NCBI GenBank assembly: GCA_028714475.1
Contig: JAQTNC010000003.1
Coordinates: 15,596 to 79,595 of the forward strand
Length of the DNA stretch: 64,000 bases
Source: Patescibacteria group bacterium
GTDB taxonomy: Bacteria; Patescibacteriota; Patescibacteriia; SG8-24
Direction: 5' to 3'
Made by a program: the position numbers and the translations under genes. Of the stretch, positions 1-7,768 are shown piece after piece (the first letter of the stretch is position 1; each line of letters begins with the position of its first letter). Below the pieces are notes generated by a model, which was given only the letters and a program-made list of their open reading frames with translations, searched no databases and had not been told where the DNA came from.

Positions 1-451
1 AATTGCCGGCGGCCTTGATGTCAAAGGCATCGTGCAGCATCTGATGCTGGGCCGGATCGTTCTCGTCGAGCGCGAGGAAATTATCCTTGCCGACGATGTC
101 CGGCAGGACGAACAGGTATAGATGAAGGGCGTGATCGCGGACATTCAAACCGTCCATGGTGAGCCGCCGCAGTTCCAGCGTCTGCTCGGACGGCGTAATG
201 CCGGCCGCGCGTTCGCAGGCCTCGATGGCGCACATCTGATGGGCGTTTGAGCAGGTGCCGCAGATGCGCGACAGGAGTTGCGGCACGGCCATGAGCGGCT
301 TGCCTTCGATGCCCTTGGTATAGAAACGCTTGGCCTCGGCGATGACGTAATGGACGTATTCAACCTTGCCGGCGTCGTTAATGCGAACCGTGACGTCGGC
401 GTTGCCTTCGACCTTGGTCACGTGCTCCAGGGAGATATCTACATTGTGCAT
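1..451 (-). CDS. [NiFe]-hydrogenase large subunit, N-terminal part; the gene continues past the left edge of the window
   Basis: Minus-strand translation from the ATG at 451..449 gives MHNVDISLEHVTKVEGNADVTVRINDAGKVEYVHYVIAEAKRFYTKGIEGKPLMAVPQLLSRICGTCSNAHQMCAIEACERAAG..., which is open to position 1. It carries the N-terminal RxCGxCxxxH (L1) Ni-Fe ligand motif of [NiFe] large subunits. It is absent from the ORF track because it has no in-window stop codon. Confidence 0.75.
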   Translation of the reverse strand, partial: MHNVDISLEHVTKVEGNADVTVRINDAGKVEYVHYVIAEAKRFYTKGIEGKPLMAVPQLLSRICGTCSNAHQMCAIEACERAAGITPSEQTLELRRLTMDGLNVRDHALHLYLFVLPDIVGKDNFLALDENDPAQHQMLHDAFDIKAAGN

Positions 452-496
452 ATGGGTGGTGCAGGGATAAACCCTGCCGCTACGGTTTCATGTGGT

Positions 497-1009
497 TCAG
501 TTACCGGCCTGAATCTGGGCGATCAGCTTCGTGGCGGCCGCGACGAAGGCCTTGGGATCCATCGGGCAACCGCCGACTTCGGCGTCCACCTTGATGACCT
601 CGGAGAGCTTCTGAACCTTTGGGAAGGACTTGAAACGCGTCACCAAGAATTCGATCTCCTTCTTCTGCGCCTCCGAGAAGTTGTTGCGCTGGGCCGACGG
701 CATGCCGGTACAGGCGCAGGAACCGATGGCCACGACGATCTTGGCCAAGCCGCGGATTTTCTTCACCTCCTCGGCATGGTGGTCATTGGCGATGGCCCCC
801 TCGATGAAGGCGATGTCCATCGGCTCCCAGCGGTTGTTCGTCTGCAGGACGCGGGCGTGCACGAACTCAAGCAGGTTCTTCCAGTCCTGCCAATGGTCAT
901 TCAGGATTTCGGTGAAGACGATGGTGCTGTCCTCGCAGCAGGAGTACGAGAACCAGCCGACGCGGATTTTCTTGGCCGGCGCGACGGCCGGATTCGGAGT
1001 GTCAGTCAT
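497..1009 (-). CDS. [NiFe]-hydrogenase small subunit, minimal HoxY/NuoB-like form carrying only the proximal [4Fe-4S] cluster
   Basis: 170 aa. Contains the CCxxE (SYSCCEDS), GSCACTGM and GGCPMDP cysteine motifs typical of NuoB-like / HoxY-like small subunits. It lies immediately upstream of the large subunit. Confidence 0.75.
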   Translation of the reverse strand: MTDTPNPAVAPAKKIRVGWFSYSCCEDSTIVFTEILNDHWQDWKNLLEFVHARVLQTNNRWEPMDIAFIEGAIANDHHAEEVKKIRGLAKIVVAIGSCACTGMPSAQRNNFSEAQKKEIEFLVTRFKSFPKVQKLSEVIKVDAEVGGCPMDPKAFVAAATKLIAQIQAGN

Positions 1010-1034
1010 GGTCGTGACGGTAATTGTTCTTTCT

Positions 1035-2267
1035 TTAAAGAAGGGATTTGAGATCCACTGCCGGGTCGCCCAATTCCTTTAGCCGGCCGGACAGGTCCAC
1101 CTTGTTCTCGATGAGCTTCACGAGACAGCCGATTTCCGGCGTGCGGTTCAGAAGTGTCGCGCCCACGACGCGGTTGTCCTTGAGGATGACGCGGCCGTAG
1201 GCGTTCGCTTCGGCGGAGCCGCGCGGAACGACCTGGCGGCCGGGCACCGGCGCGACGTTGCCGACGAAGGCGATGTTGATGCCGAGCCCGGAAACCGCGT
1301 AGAAGGTGACGAGCTTGTACGGCTTCTTCTCCCCGGTCATGTTGGCGCCGGCCAGCTTGCCCTGCTGTTGGGCGTTGCTCCAGCTGCCGAATTGCACCGT
1401 CTCATCGAAAATCAGGTCGTGATATTCCGCCGCATCGCCCGCCGCCCAGACGTCCGGGACGCTGGTCTCCAGATATTCGTTTACGACCACGCCGCGGCTC
1501 ACCTTGACGCCGCCGTCCGCCGCCCACTTGTGCGGGCAAACGCCGCCGATGCCGACCGCCGCGACCTGACACGGGATGCGCGTGCCGTCCTCGAGCGTCA
1601 CGCCTTCCAGCCTTTCGCCGCCGGTCGCTTCCTTGACGTACTGGCCGCGATAGATCTTCACGCCGGCCTTTTCCAAAGCCGCCTCGATGATGTGGCCGGA
1701 CGTCTCGTCAAGAACCGGATCCCAATAATGCGGTTCACGGATGGAAAGCGCGGTCTCAAGACCCGACAGCCGGAACTGCTCGCACATCTCGAAGCCGATG
1801 GCGCCGCCACCCACGACAATCGCCTGCTTGGCGCCCTTCATGTCCTCCTGGATGCCGCGGAAATCGTCCACCGTGCGCACGTAATGCACGCCGCGCTTGT
1901 CCGCGCCAGGGATGCCCCAGCGACGCGCGCAAATGCCGAGCGCGAGCAGCAGCTTGTCATAAGCCAAAACGGTCCCGTCATCAAGCGTGACGGACTTCGC
2001 GGTTGCATCAAGCTTCGCGGCGGTCCGCCCGGCAATGAGGCGGATGTTGTTCTCCGGATACCACGATTCCTTCTTCAGCCAAATCTGTTCGAACGGCACC
2101 TTCCCGAGGAAGAAATGCGTCTTGGAAATCATGATGCGCGAATAAAGCCGGTACGGTTCGTCGGAGATGATGGTTATCTCCCCGTCCGGATCAGCCTTGC
2201 GGATGGTGTCGGCCGCTGTCGTGCCGGTGATGCCGCCGCCGATGATCAGATATCTGGTCGCGGCCAT
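1035..2267 (-). CDS. FAD-dependent pyridine nucleotide-disulfide oxidoreductase (NADH oxidase / rubredoxin-reductase-like); putative diaphorase partner of the hydrogenase
   Basis: 410 aa. N-terminal Rossmann motif IIGGGITG, a second GxGxxG (VVGGGAIGFE), and AAGDAA near the C-terminal dimerisation region. It sits in the same operon as the hydrogenase subunits. Confidence 0.85.
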   Translation of the reverse strand: MAATRYLIIGGGITGTTAADTIRKADPDGEITIISDEPYRLYSRIMISKTHFFLGKVPFEQIWLKKESWYPENNIRLIAGRTAAKLDATAKSVTLDDGTVLAYDKLLLALGICARRWGIPGADKRGVHYVRTVDDFRGIQEDMKGAKQAIVVGGGAIGFEMCEQFRLSGLETALSIREPHYWDPVLDETSGHIIEAALEKAGVKIYRGQYVKEATGGERLEGVTLEDGTRIPCQVAAVGIGGVCPHKWAADGGVKVSRGVVVNEYLETSVPDVWAAGDAAEYHDLIFDETVQFGSWSNAQQQGKLAGANMTGEKKPYKLVTFYAVSGLGINIAFVGNVAPVPGRQVVPRGSAEANAYGRVILKDNRVVGATLLNRTPEIGCLVKLIENKVDLSGRLKELGDPAVDLKSLL

Positions 2268-2275
2268 AGTCGTGA

Positions 2276-2551
2276 TTACGCTTCCGGGTAAACCTGCTTG
2301 CCCGTTTCGTCGTAGAGGAAAATCGCCTTGACCGGGCAGGACTGCGCGGCGATCAGCAGGGTGTCGTCGTCAACGGACGGATCCTCGAGCTGGGCGCGAT
2401 CAACCGGACCGGAAGAGCGCACGCCGTCCTTGAGCTTGTAGACGGCCTTGTTCTCGGCGTCCAGTTCCATGGCGGCAGGTGCGGCGACGACGCACGGGGT
2501 GGCGCCGATGCAGATGTCGCGCTTGACTTCGACTTTAGCGATTTTGGCCAT
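2276..2551 (-). CDS. Small ferredoxin (single [4Fe-4S]-type)
   Basis: ORF 2276..2644 trimmed to the internal ATG at 2551..2549 (MAKIAKVEVKRDICIGATPC...SCPVKAIFLYDE). Cys spacing matches a one-cluster ferredoxin. It is the first gene of the hydrogenase operon. Confidence 0.7.
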   Translation of the reverse strand: MAKIAKVEVKRDICIGATPCVVAAPAAMELDAENKAVYKLKDGVRSSGPVDRAQLEDPSVDDDTLLIAAQSCPVKAIFLYDETGKQVYPEA

Positions 2552-2587
2552 ATTTTGGCGGGTTATTGTTGATAAATCAGCTTTAAT

Positions 2588-2616
2588 AGTATAGCACGCC
2601 TCCCGCGTATTTGACA
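2588..2616 (-). promoter_or_regulatory. Sigma70-like promoter for the ferredoxin-hydrogenase operon
   Basis: On the minus strand: TGTCAA, a 17 bp spacer, then TATACT, located about 40 bp upstream of the ferredoxin ATG. Confidence 0.4.
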
Positions 2617-2669
2617 GCCAAGAACGGCAGGATTGCCGCTCCAATTATTTGATTTATTGCTTGGTGCCC

Positions 2670-2698
2670 TTGACAAAATCCTCTTAATCTGGCATAAT
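2670..2698 (+). promoter_or_regulatory. Consensus sigma70 promoter (TTGACA-17-CATAAT) driving the divergent plus-strand gene
   Basis: cccTTGACAaaatcctcttaatctggCATAATgc. The shared cccttgacaaaa box is also seen at 31268 and 36615. Confidence 0.55.
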
Positions 2699-2756
2699 GC
2701 GCCCAAACCGCGTTGCCGAAAAAACGGTGGACGCCACAAAAGAAAACGAGGCAAGA

Positions 2757-3752
2757 ATGCCGAACCCGCGACCCACGAGACGAGAACGACAAGAAAGTCT
2801 GGCCAGCGGCCTCGAAGCGACCGCGCTAAACCGCACGGCGGTGAGCGAGCACCACGCGACCGCAAAGGAAGCCCGACGACGCCCCTCGAAAATTGATCGC
2901 CAACGAAGTTTGGGCCGACGTCTCAACCGTGACATGTCGCCGCTCGAGATGAGCCGGCGCCTGGCCGAAGGCGAAAAGGAGCCCCTCCTCGTCTGCGAAC
3001 GCCTCATCCGCCTAGCCCAGCTTCTGGGCGAAAACCAGGCGGAACACGGACAAAGATGCGTCCTCATGGCGCTCGAGGAACTGGAAATCTACGGTCCGGC
3101 CATCGACGACTTCTATCGCCGACTGTGCGGCCAAAACATCGTCCTGACCTATGCCATCCTGCGAGCCTGTTCCAAGTCCGTGCCCGGCTTCACGATTCGG
3201 AAGCTGAAGGCCATGGTGCAGACAGCGCCGCCCGGCAGTCAGCTTTTCTACGACCAGACCCTCGCGGAACTGAAACGGATGTCCCCCCGTCTCATCGACT
3301 GGCAGCGGGCCGAAACGGAGTCACTGGCCTTGCTGAACGTCGTGGAACACCTCAATCCCGACCAGACCCTGGGCGAGATGATTGATATCTTGGCGGGCGA
3401 CGACGAACTGGCGCGGATAACGCTCGATCTGCTCCTTGGCCTGCCGGCCCTGCTCCGTGACGCGCCGTACGTTGCCGCCCAGCGCGCCATCCTTGCGGCC
3501 ATCGATGCCCTCGGCCTCATGGGCGAAGCCATCCATCGTTTCCACGCGCGTACCTGCGGCCGCAACGAACTTCTGACCTACGCGGTCCTGCGAGCAGTCT
3601 CGATGCGCATGCCTGGCTACGACGCCATTGTCGTCAGACGTTACTTTACGCCGGGTTCGGAACTGAAGCTCGACCAAACGGCTGTCCTTGCCGAACTTCA
3701 AGGCAAGATGCTGCGCTTCGATTGGGAGCGCGCCGCCGAAGCCTTGGTCTGA
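2757..3752 (+). CDS. Hypothetical protein built from two internally repeated halves (CGxN-x-LTYAxLRA...P(G)...KL repeat)
   Basis: ORF 2697..3752 with the start moved to the first ATG downstream of the promoter; a weak RBS gaggcaag precedes it. Two approximately 90-aa repeats (CGQNIVLTYAILRACSKSVPGF... and CGRNELLTYAVLRAVSMRMPGY...). No recognised domain. Confidence 0.6.
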   Translation: MPNPRPTRRERQESLASGLEATALNRTAVSEHHATAKEARRRPSKIDRQRSLGRRLNRDMSPLEMSRRLAEGEKEPLLVCERLIRLAQLLGENQAEHGQRCVLMALEELEIYGPAIDDFYRRLCGQNIVLTYAILRACSKSVPGFTIRKLKAMVQTAPPGSQLFYDQTLAELKRMSPRLIDWQRAETESLALLNVVEHLNPDQTLGEMIDILAGDDELARITLDLLLGLPALLRDAPYVAAQRAILAAIDALGLMGEAIHRFHARTCGRNELLTYAVLRAVSMRMPGYDAIVVRRYFTPGSELKLDQTAVLAELQGKMLRFDWERAAEALV

Positions 3753-3765
3753 CGCCGACCGCAAC

Positions 3766-3802
3766 GCCCTCCCCCGGAGCTTTCTGGGAGAGGGCGGTTT
3801 TG
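3766..3802 (+). terminator. Rho-independent terminator
   Basis: The hairpin gccctccc...gggagagggc is followed by ggtttt. Confidence 0.45.
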
Positions 3803-3962
3803 TTCACCTCCGCCGAATACCCCGGGCGTCAGCCCGGGGTTCCTGACGCGTGAATCCCCCGAAGCCCCGCAGTACTGCGGGGCGTAGGGGGCAGTGGGCT
3901 ACGGTGAATGAAACAGGATGGGGCGTTAGATACCCCGGGCGTGAGCCCGGGGAGTCTTCATA
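3800..3962 (+). repeat. R2 repeat element, copy a (about 165 bp, structured; second copy at 31070..31232)
   Basis: ttgttcacctccgcc-aataccccgggcgtcagcccgggg ... tgacgcgtgaatcccccgaag-[variable hairpin]-gggggca..gggctacggtgaatgaa ... gataccccgggcgtgagcccggggagtcttcatat. It is about 85% identical to copy b. Contains two CCCCGGGCGTNAGCCCGGGG hairpins and a CCCCGCAGTACTGCGGGG hairpin. Confidence 0.6.
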
Positions 3963-4037
3963 TCAGGAAACAAATTCGTAGATTCGCTCCGTTTAAGTGC
4001 CTTGTATCTTTCTCCTTTTGGACTTCGGCTCCCCTCT

Positions 4038-6020
4038 TTACCTCCGCGGCAAACACTCCTCGCAGAGGCCGAGTTCCTTGAGGCGCTTGAGATAATCCAC
4101 CATGGTCTGGACGAAGGCGGCGTGGCTCCAGGTGAGCGGCGTGGCCGAGCACTGATCGCCAGTGACGGCATTGAGCTGTTCGGAGAGGACACCCGACGGC
4201 AGGGCGTGAGACGAAACCCAGGTCAGAATCTCCCGCGCGTCCGCCAAGCCGGCCTCGTCCTTGGCGCGGCGGATAAGGTACTGCGCGTACCAAAGCGTGC
4301 AGATGAACCACGGATTGCTCGGCGCGCCTTCGTGATCGCGGAAATAAACGTCACCGACATAGCGCGCGAGGCCCCCCGCCGGGCCCGGCGCCCACAAGGC
4401 GCTTTTCGTCGCCTCCCAAGCGCTCGCGAGCCGCGGATCGCCGCTGTCCAGGACGCCGAACTCCATCACGCCGAACACGGACGAAGCGTCAAGGGTGGCG
4501 TCGCGAACCATTTGACCATCTTCGGTCCAGCGCACGGACTTGAGGAACGCCCCAGACGCCTCGTCATACAGGTATTTTATGATGCCTTCCTTCACCTCGG
4601 CCGCAGCCTTCTCGTACCTCTCCTCGCGCAGATCCTTGCCGAGGATGCGCGAGAATTCCGCCGCCGCCTTGAGTCCGCCGTATACGGAAGCACAGGTGAA
4701 GGTATGCACGGCCCGTCGCTCTTCCCAGAGATCATACGACGGCCGCGGCAACAGCGTCTTTTCGTGCCGGTACTCAACCAGGAAATTCGCCGCTGGCCTG
4801 ATGAACGAGTTATAGATGGACTCGATGAATTCCAAGTCGTGCTTCTGCTGATAGTGGTTGAGCAGCGACATCAGGACGAGTGCCGTTTCGTCCTCCTGGA
4901 TCGGCAAGTGGGCATGGCCCTCGCCGATCCACGGATGCCATGACGAGCCGAGTGACTGGTCGCAGTTGTACTTGTGCATGAGATAGCCGCCCGGCATGAC
5001 GACGCTGTTGCAGAAACGGAAGAATTCCGGCGTGCTCTCAAAGTAGCCGCAAGAATCAAGTGCCTTGGCCACGAAGGCGCCGTCGCGCGGCCACATGTAG
5101 GCGTAGGTATCGCGGCCGTGCTGAAGAAAGTCGGAATCGGCGGCGGCGATGACCGCCCCGCGGTTGTCCACGTGCGTCCGGATGACGAGGAGCGAGGTGC
5201 GGAACAGGTCGGCGAGACTTTGGGGCAAACCCTGAAAATCAAAATGATAGACGTCGAGCCAGGCGCGCCAGAAATCCCCCGTGGTCTTGAGCAGGTGGTC
5301 CGGGGTTCGCTCGATGCAGTACTGATTGATTTCGCGCGCCTCGACCAGGCTGTGGCCGGCGGCAATCCAGTAATGGACGACTGACTCCCCCTTGGCCGGC
5401 AGGCGGAAGGAGACGCCGATGACCGAATCCACCGAACCGTGATCAACGGGATTCTTGGAGAGCACACCGTCCTCCGCGTCGCGCCAGGTACCCTCCAAGC
5501 CGCGATGGTGCGCCGTCCCGATGGCATAGTCGCTGATGGCGCCATTGCAGCACCGGGCATTGATGAGGAAAACGCGCCGGCCCTTGTATTGGACAACGAC
5601 GTTGTCCGTCGGGTCGTAGAAGGCGCTGTTGGCCGTCGTGGTCTCGGAAACCTGAAATTCCTGCGCGAAGAACAAGCGAGCCTCGCGGTCGTTGTCGCGA
5701 CGATTGCGCACGGCCACGCGGCGGATGAACAGGTCCTTCTCGTTGTAGACGATGTCGCGGAACTCCAGCTCCACGCCCAATTCGTCGTTCACCGCCGTGA
5801 CGAGTCCGACCATGGTGCCGGTCTCGTAGCGAACCGTCCGCCGCCAACTCGGGTCGTCCAGCCAGCGAAACGCGCCGTCCACCCACAATCCGACATGGTG
5901 CCGGTGACCGCCGACGTGGTTTTCCTGTCCGACGTGGTCGTAAAAAAGGTCTCGCACTATGCCTTGCGCGTCGAGACAGACGAGAAGCTGGCCGTTGCCG
6001 AGGACGATGGAGCGAGACAT
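4038..6020 (-). CDS. Glycoside hydrolase family 15 (glucoamylase / glucodextranase-like)
   Basis: 660 aa with a GH15-like (alpha/alpha)6 catalytic region (…WPRDGAFVAKAL…, …LWEERRAVHTFT…). Its neighbours are GH57 and GT4 genes. Confidence 0.85.
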   Translation of the reverse strand: MSRSIVLGNGQLLVCLDAQGIVRDLFYDHVGQENHVGGHRHHVGLWVDGAFRWLDDPSWRRTVRYETGTMVGLVTAVNDELGVELEFRDIVYNEKDLFIRRVAVRNRRDNDREARLFFAQEFQVSETTTANSAFYDPTDNVVVQYKGRRVFLINARCCNGAISDYAIGTAHHRGLEGTWRDAEDGVLSKNPVDHGSVDSVIGVSFRLPAKGESVVHYWIAAGHSLVEAREINQYCIERTPDHLLKTTGDFWRAWLDVYHFDFQGLPQSLADLFRTSLLVIRTHVDNRGAVIAAADSDFLQHGRDTYAYMWPRDGAFVAKALDSCGYFESTPEFFRFCNSVVMPGGYLMHKYNCDQSLGSSWHPWIGEGHAHLPIQEDETALVLMSLLNHYQQKHDLEFIESIYNSFIRPAANFLVEYRHEKTLLPRPSYDLWEERRAVHTFTCASVYGGLKAAAEFSRILGKDLREERYEKAAAEVKEGIIKYLYDEASGAFLKSVRWTEDGQMVRDATLDASSVFGVMEFGVLDSGDPRLASAWEATKSALWAPGPAGGLARYVGDVYFRDHEGAPSNPWFICTLWYAQYLIRRAKDEAGLADAREILTWVSSHALPSGVLSEQLNAVTGDQCSATPLTWSHAAFVQTMVDYLKRLKELGLCEECLPRR

Positions 6021-6095
6021 GGGGGTAGTTGGTAGTTTGTAGTTTTTAGTTTGTAGTCGGCATAACGCCCTACAAACTACAAACTCAACATATTA
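6021..6095. repeat. Promoter-proximal tandem plus inverted short repeat (TAGTTTGTAG units and their complement CTACAAACTAC)
   Basis: ggtagtttgtagtttttagtttgtagtcggcataacgccctacaaactacaaactc forms a hairpin directly 5' of the GH15 start codon. Confidence 0.5.
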
Positions 6096-6104
6096 ATTAT
6101 ACCA

Positions 6105-6135
6105 CAAAAAACCGCCCTGGCGGGCGGCTTTTTTG
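6105..6135. terminator. Bidirectional rho-independent terminator
   Basis: aaaaaaCCGCCCtggCGGGCGGcttttttg. The GC hairpin is flanked by A and T runs, and it lies downstream of the minus-strand gene 6140..6526. Confidence 0.8.
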
Positions 6136-6139
6136 TTGG

Positions 6140-6526
6140 TCATTTCTTCTTAGCGACGCGCTTAGCGGATTTTTTCGGCGCCGCGACCCGATCCAACTCA
6201 AGCAGGCGTTTCTCCAGCACCGCGACCGCGTCCGACATGGTGCGCGTTTTTTCCAAGCGCTCCGCTAGCGTCCGGTCGCCGATGACCTCGCGCACCCAGG
6301 CGGCCAGGTCGTTCTTGACGGCGTTCACGTGATGCTCGAAAACCTCGCGCGAGAAACGCGGCAGGACCGAGGCCATCTCCTTCAGGCTCCGCACCACCGG
6401 CCCCTGGCTCACCCAGAAGGCGCGGTAATCCGGCTCGACAATCGCGAGCCATTGGCGCGCCTCCTCCGGCGCCGGTTTTTTACCAGTGGCAGGCTTGGTT
6501 TTAGAAACGATTTTTTTTGTTGCCAT
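6140..6526 (-). CDS. Hypothetical lysine-rich protein
   Basis: 128 aa ORF with compact spacing to the GH57 gene. No recognisable domain. Confidence 0.55.
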   Translation of the reverse strand: MATKKIVSKTKPATGKKPAPEEARQWLAIVEPDYRAFWVSQGPVVRSLKEMASVLPRFSREVFEHHVNAVKNDLAAWVREVIGDRTLAERLEKTRTMSDAVAVLEKRLLELDRVAAPKKSAKRVAKKK

Positions 6527-6529
6527 AGG

Positions 6530-7735
6530 CTATGCTGTTGGTGCGGCTTGAACCCGCAGCCGTAAATCCTCGACGACGTTCATATAACTCACGAACGCGT
6601 CGTAGGGTGATTCGTAAGGATTGAAGTAAGCGTGTACGTCGCCGTCCGCGAACCATTTGGTGCACATGTAGTAGAAATGATCCGAGGTCTGCAAACGGCG
6701 CCAATCGTCGATGACGGCGGCATTGCCGGACTCGAGCACTGGCCGTTCCAGGGAATAGACGGTGTGAAGCGCGTCCTGCTGAAGGCGGTTGCCGCGCCAC
6801 GCGGTCAGGTCCCGCTCGATGTCGGCCCAGGAAACGTAGTCCGGCGCGTCAATCGCGCCGACCGGAGCGAAACGCTCGGCGATTTCCGACGGCGTCGCGA
6901 AGGTGTTGTCCGGATGCTTCAGGATTTCCGCGGGCATCGCTCGAAGGAAATCGAAGATGCCCGTGTCCTCCCACTGGTGCTCGCCGACGGTCTCGTAGTC
7001 CATGAAAAGGTTGACGTTGGTGCCGTTGCCGTTGATCTCGCCCACCCACTTGGCGAACTTCTCGGCCGTCAGCGGCCAGTCGTTCCACTGCCGAGACGAG
7101 AACCGGAAGGCGATGTCGTCGGACAGGCGATAGTTCTTGAGGAGCAGGGCGATTTTCCCGCAGCCGGCCGGGCGGTAAACGAAATCCGGGCTGCGCCAGC
7201 CGAGCAGGCGCTCCGCGCCCTCGGCGAGGACCGCCTTGAAGCCGAGCCGTTCGGCTTCGGCCGCCACCTCGTTCGAATAGATGAGCTCGGTATTGCGGAA
7301 GACCTGCGGCGTGACGCCGAAGAGCCTCTCCACCTTGGCGGTGTGCATGGCCACCTGTCGGCGAAACTCGTCGCGCGAATACAGGAACGACAGCGAGTGA
7401 TGGAAGGTCTCGGCCAGGATTTCCACGCGGCCGGTCGCGACCAAGTCGCGGAAGGAATCCAGCACGTCGGGCGCAAAACGCTCGAACTGCTCCAAGGCCA
7501 CGCCGGAAAAGGAATAAGCCAGCCGGAATTCGGGATGACGCGTCAACAATTCGAGCATCAGCCGGTTGGCCGGCAAATAACACTTGCGCGCCACCCGTTC
7601 GAGGATGAAACGGTTGTTGAGCGACGACGGCGCCTCGTCATTGAAGTAGTCGTGATCGCGGCCGATGCCGAAATGCGCGTACTTCTTGACGCGGAACGGC
7701 TGGTGCACCTGAAAATATAGGCAAATGGCGGGCAT
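6530..7735 (-). CDS. Glycoside hydrolase family 57 (alpha-amylase / 4-alpha-glucanotransferase-type)
   Basis: 401 aa. The N-terminal YFQVHQPFR motif and the overall pattern are typical of GH57. Confidence 0.85.
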   Translation of the reverse strand: MPAICLYFQVHQPFRVKKYAHFGIGRDHDYFNDEAPSSLNNRFILERVARKCYLPANRLMLELLTRHPEFRLAYSFSGVALEQFERFAPDVLDSFRDLVATGRVEILAETFHHSLSFLYSRDEFRRQVAMHTAKVERLFGVTPQVFRNTELIYSNEVAAEAERLGFKAVLAEGAERLLGWRSPDFVYRPAGCGKIALLLKNYRLSDDIAFRFSSRQWNDWPLTAEKFAKWVGEINGNGTNVNLFMDYETVGEHQWEDTGIFDFLRAMPAEILKHPDNTFATPSEIAERFAPVGAIDAPDYVSWADIERDLTAWRGNRLQQDALHTVYSLERPVLESGNAAVIDDWRRLQTSDHFYYMCTKWFADGDVHAYFNPYESPYDAFVSYMNVVEDLRLRVQAAPTA

Positions 7736-7737
7736 GA

Positions 7738-7768
7738 TTTTAGGTTCTAGGTTCTAGGTGCTAGGTTC
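7738..7768. repeat. Tandem octamer repeat (GGTTCTAG x4) between the GT4 stop and the GH57 start
   Basis: ttttaggttctaggttctaggtgctaggttctagtgg. Confidence 0.5.

Noticed and set aside
278-1051. 257-aa plus-strand ORF overlapping the hydrogenase large- and small-subunit genes
   Set aside because: It is antisense to two well-supported minus-strand genes with clear catalytic motifs. Long spurious antisense ORFs like this are typical of high-GC DNA, and it has no motifs or RBS.
4002-4943. 313-aa plus-strand ORF
   Set aside because: It is antisense to the GH15 gene.
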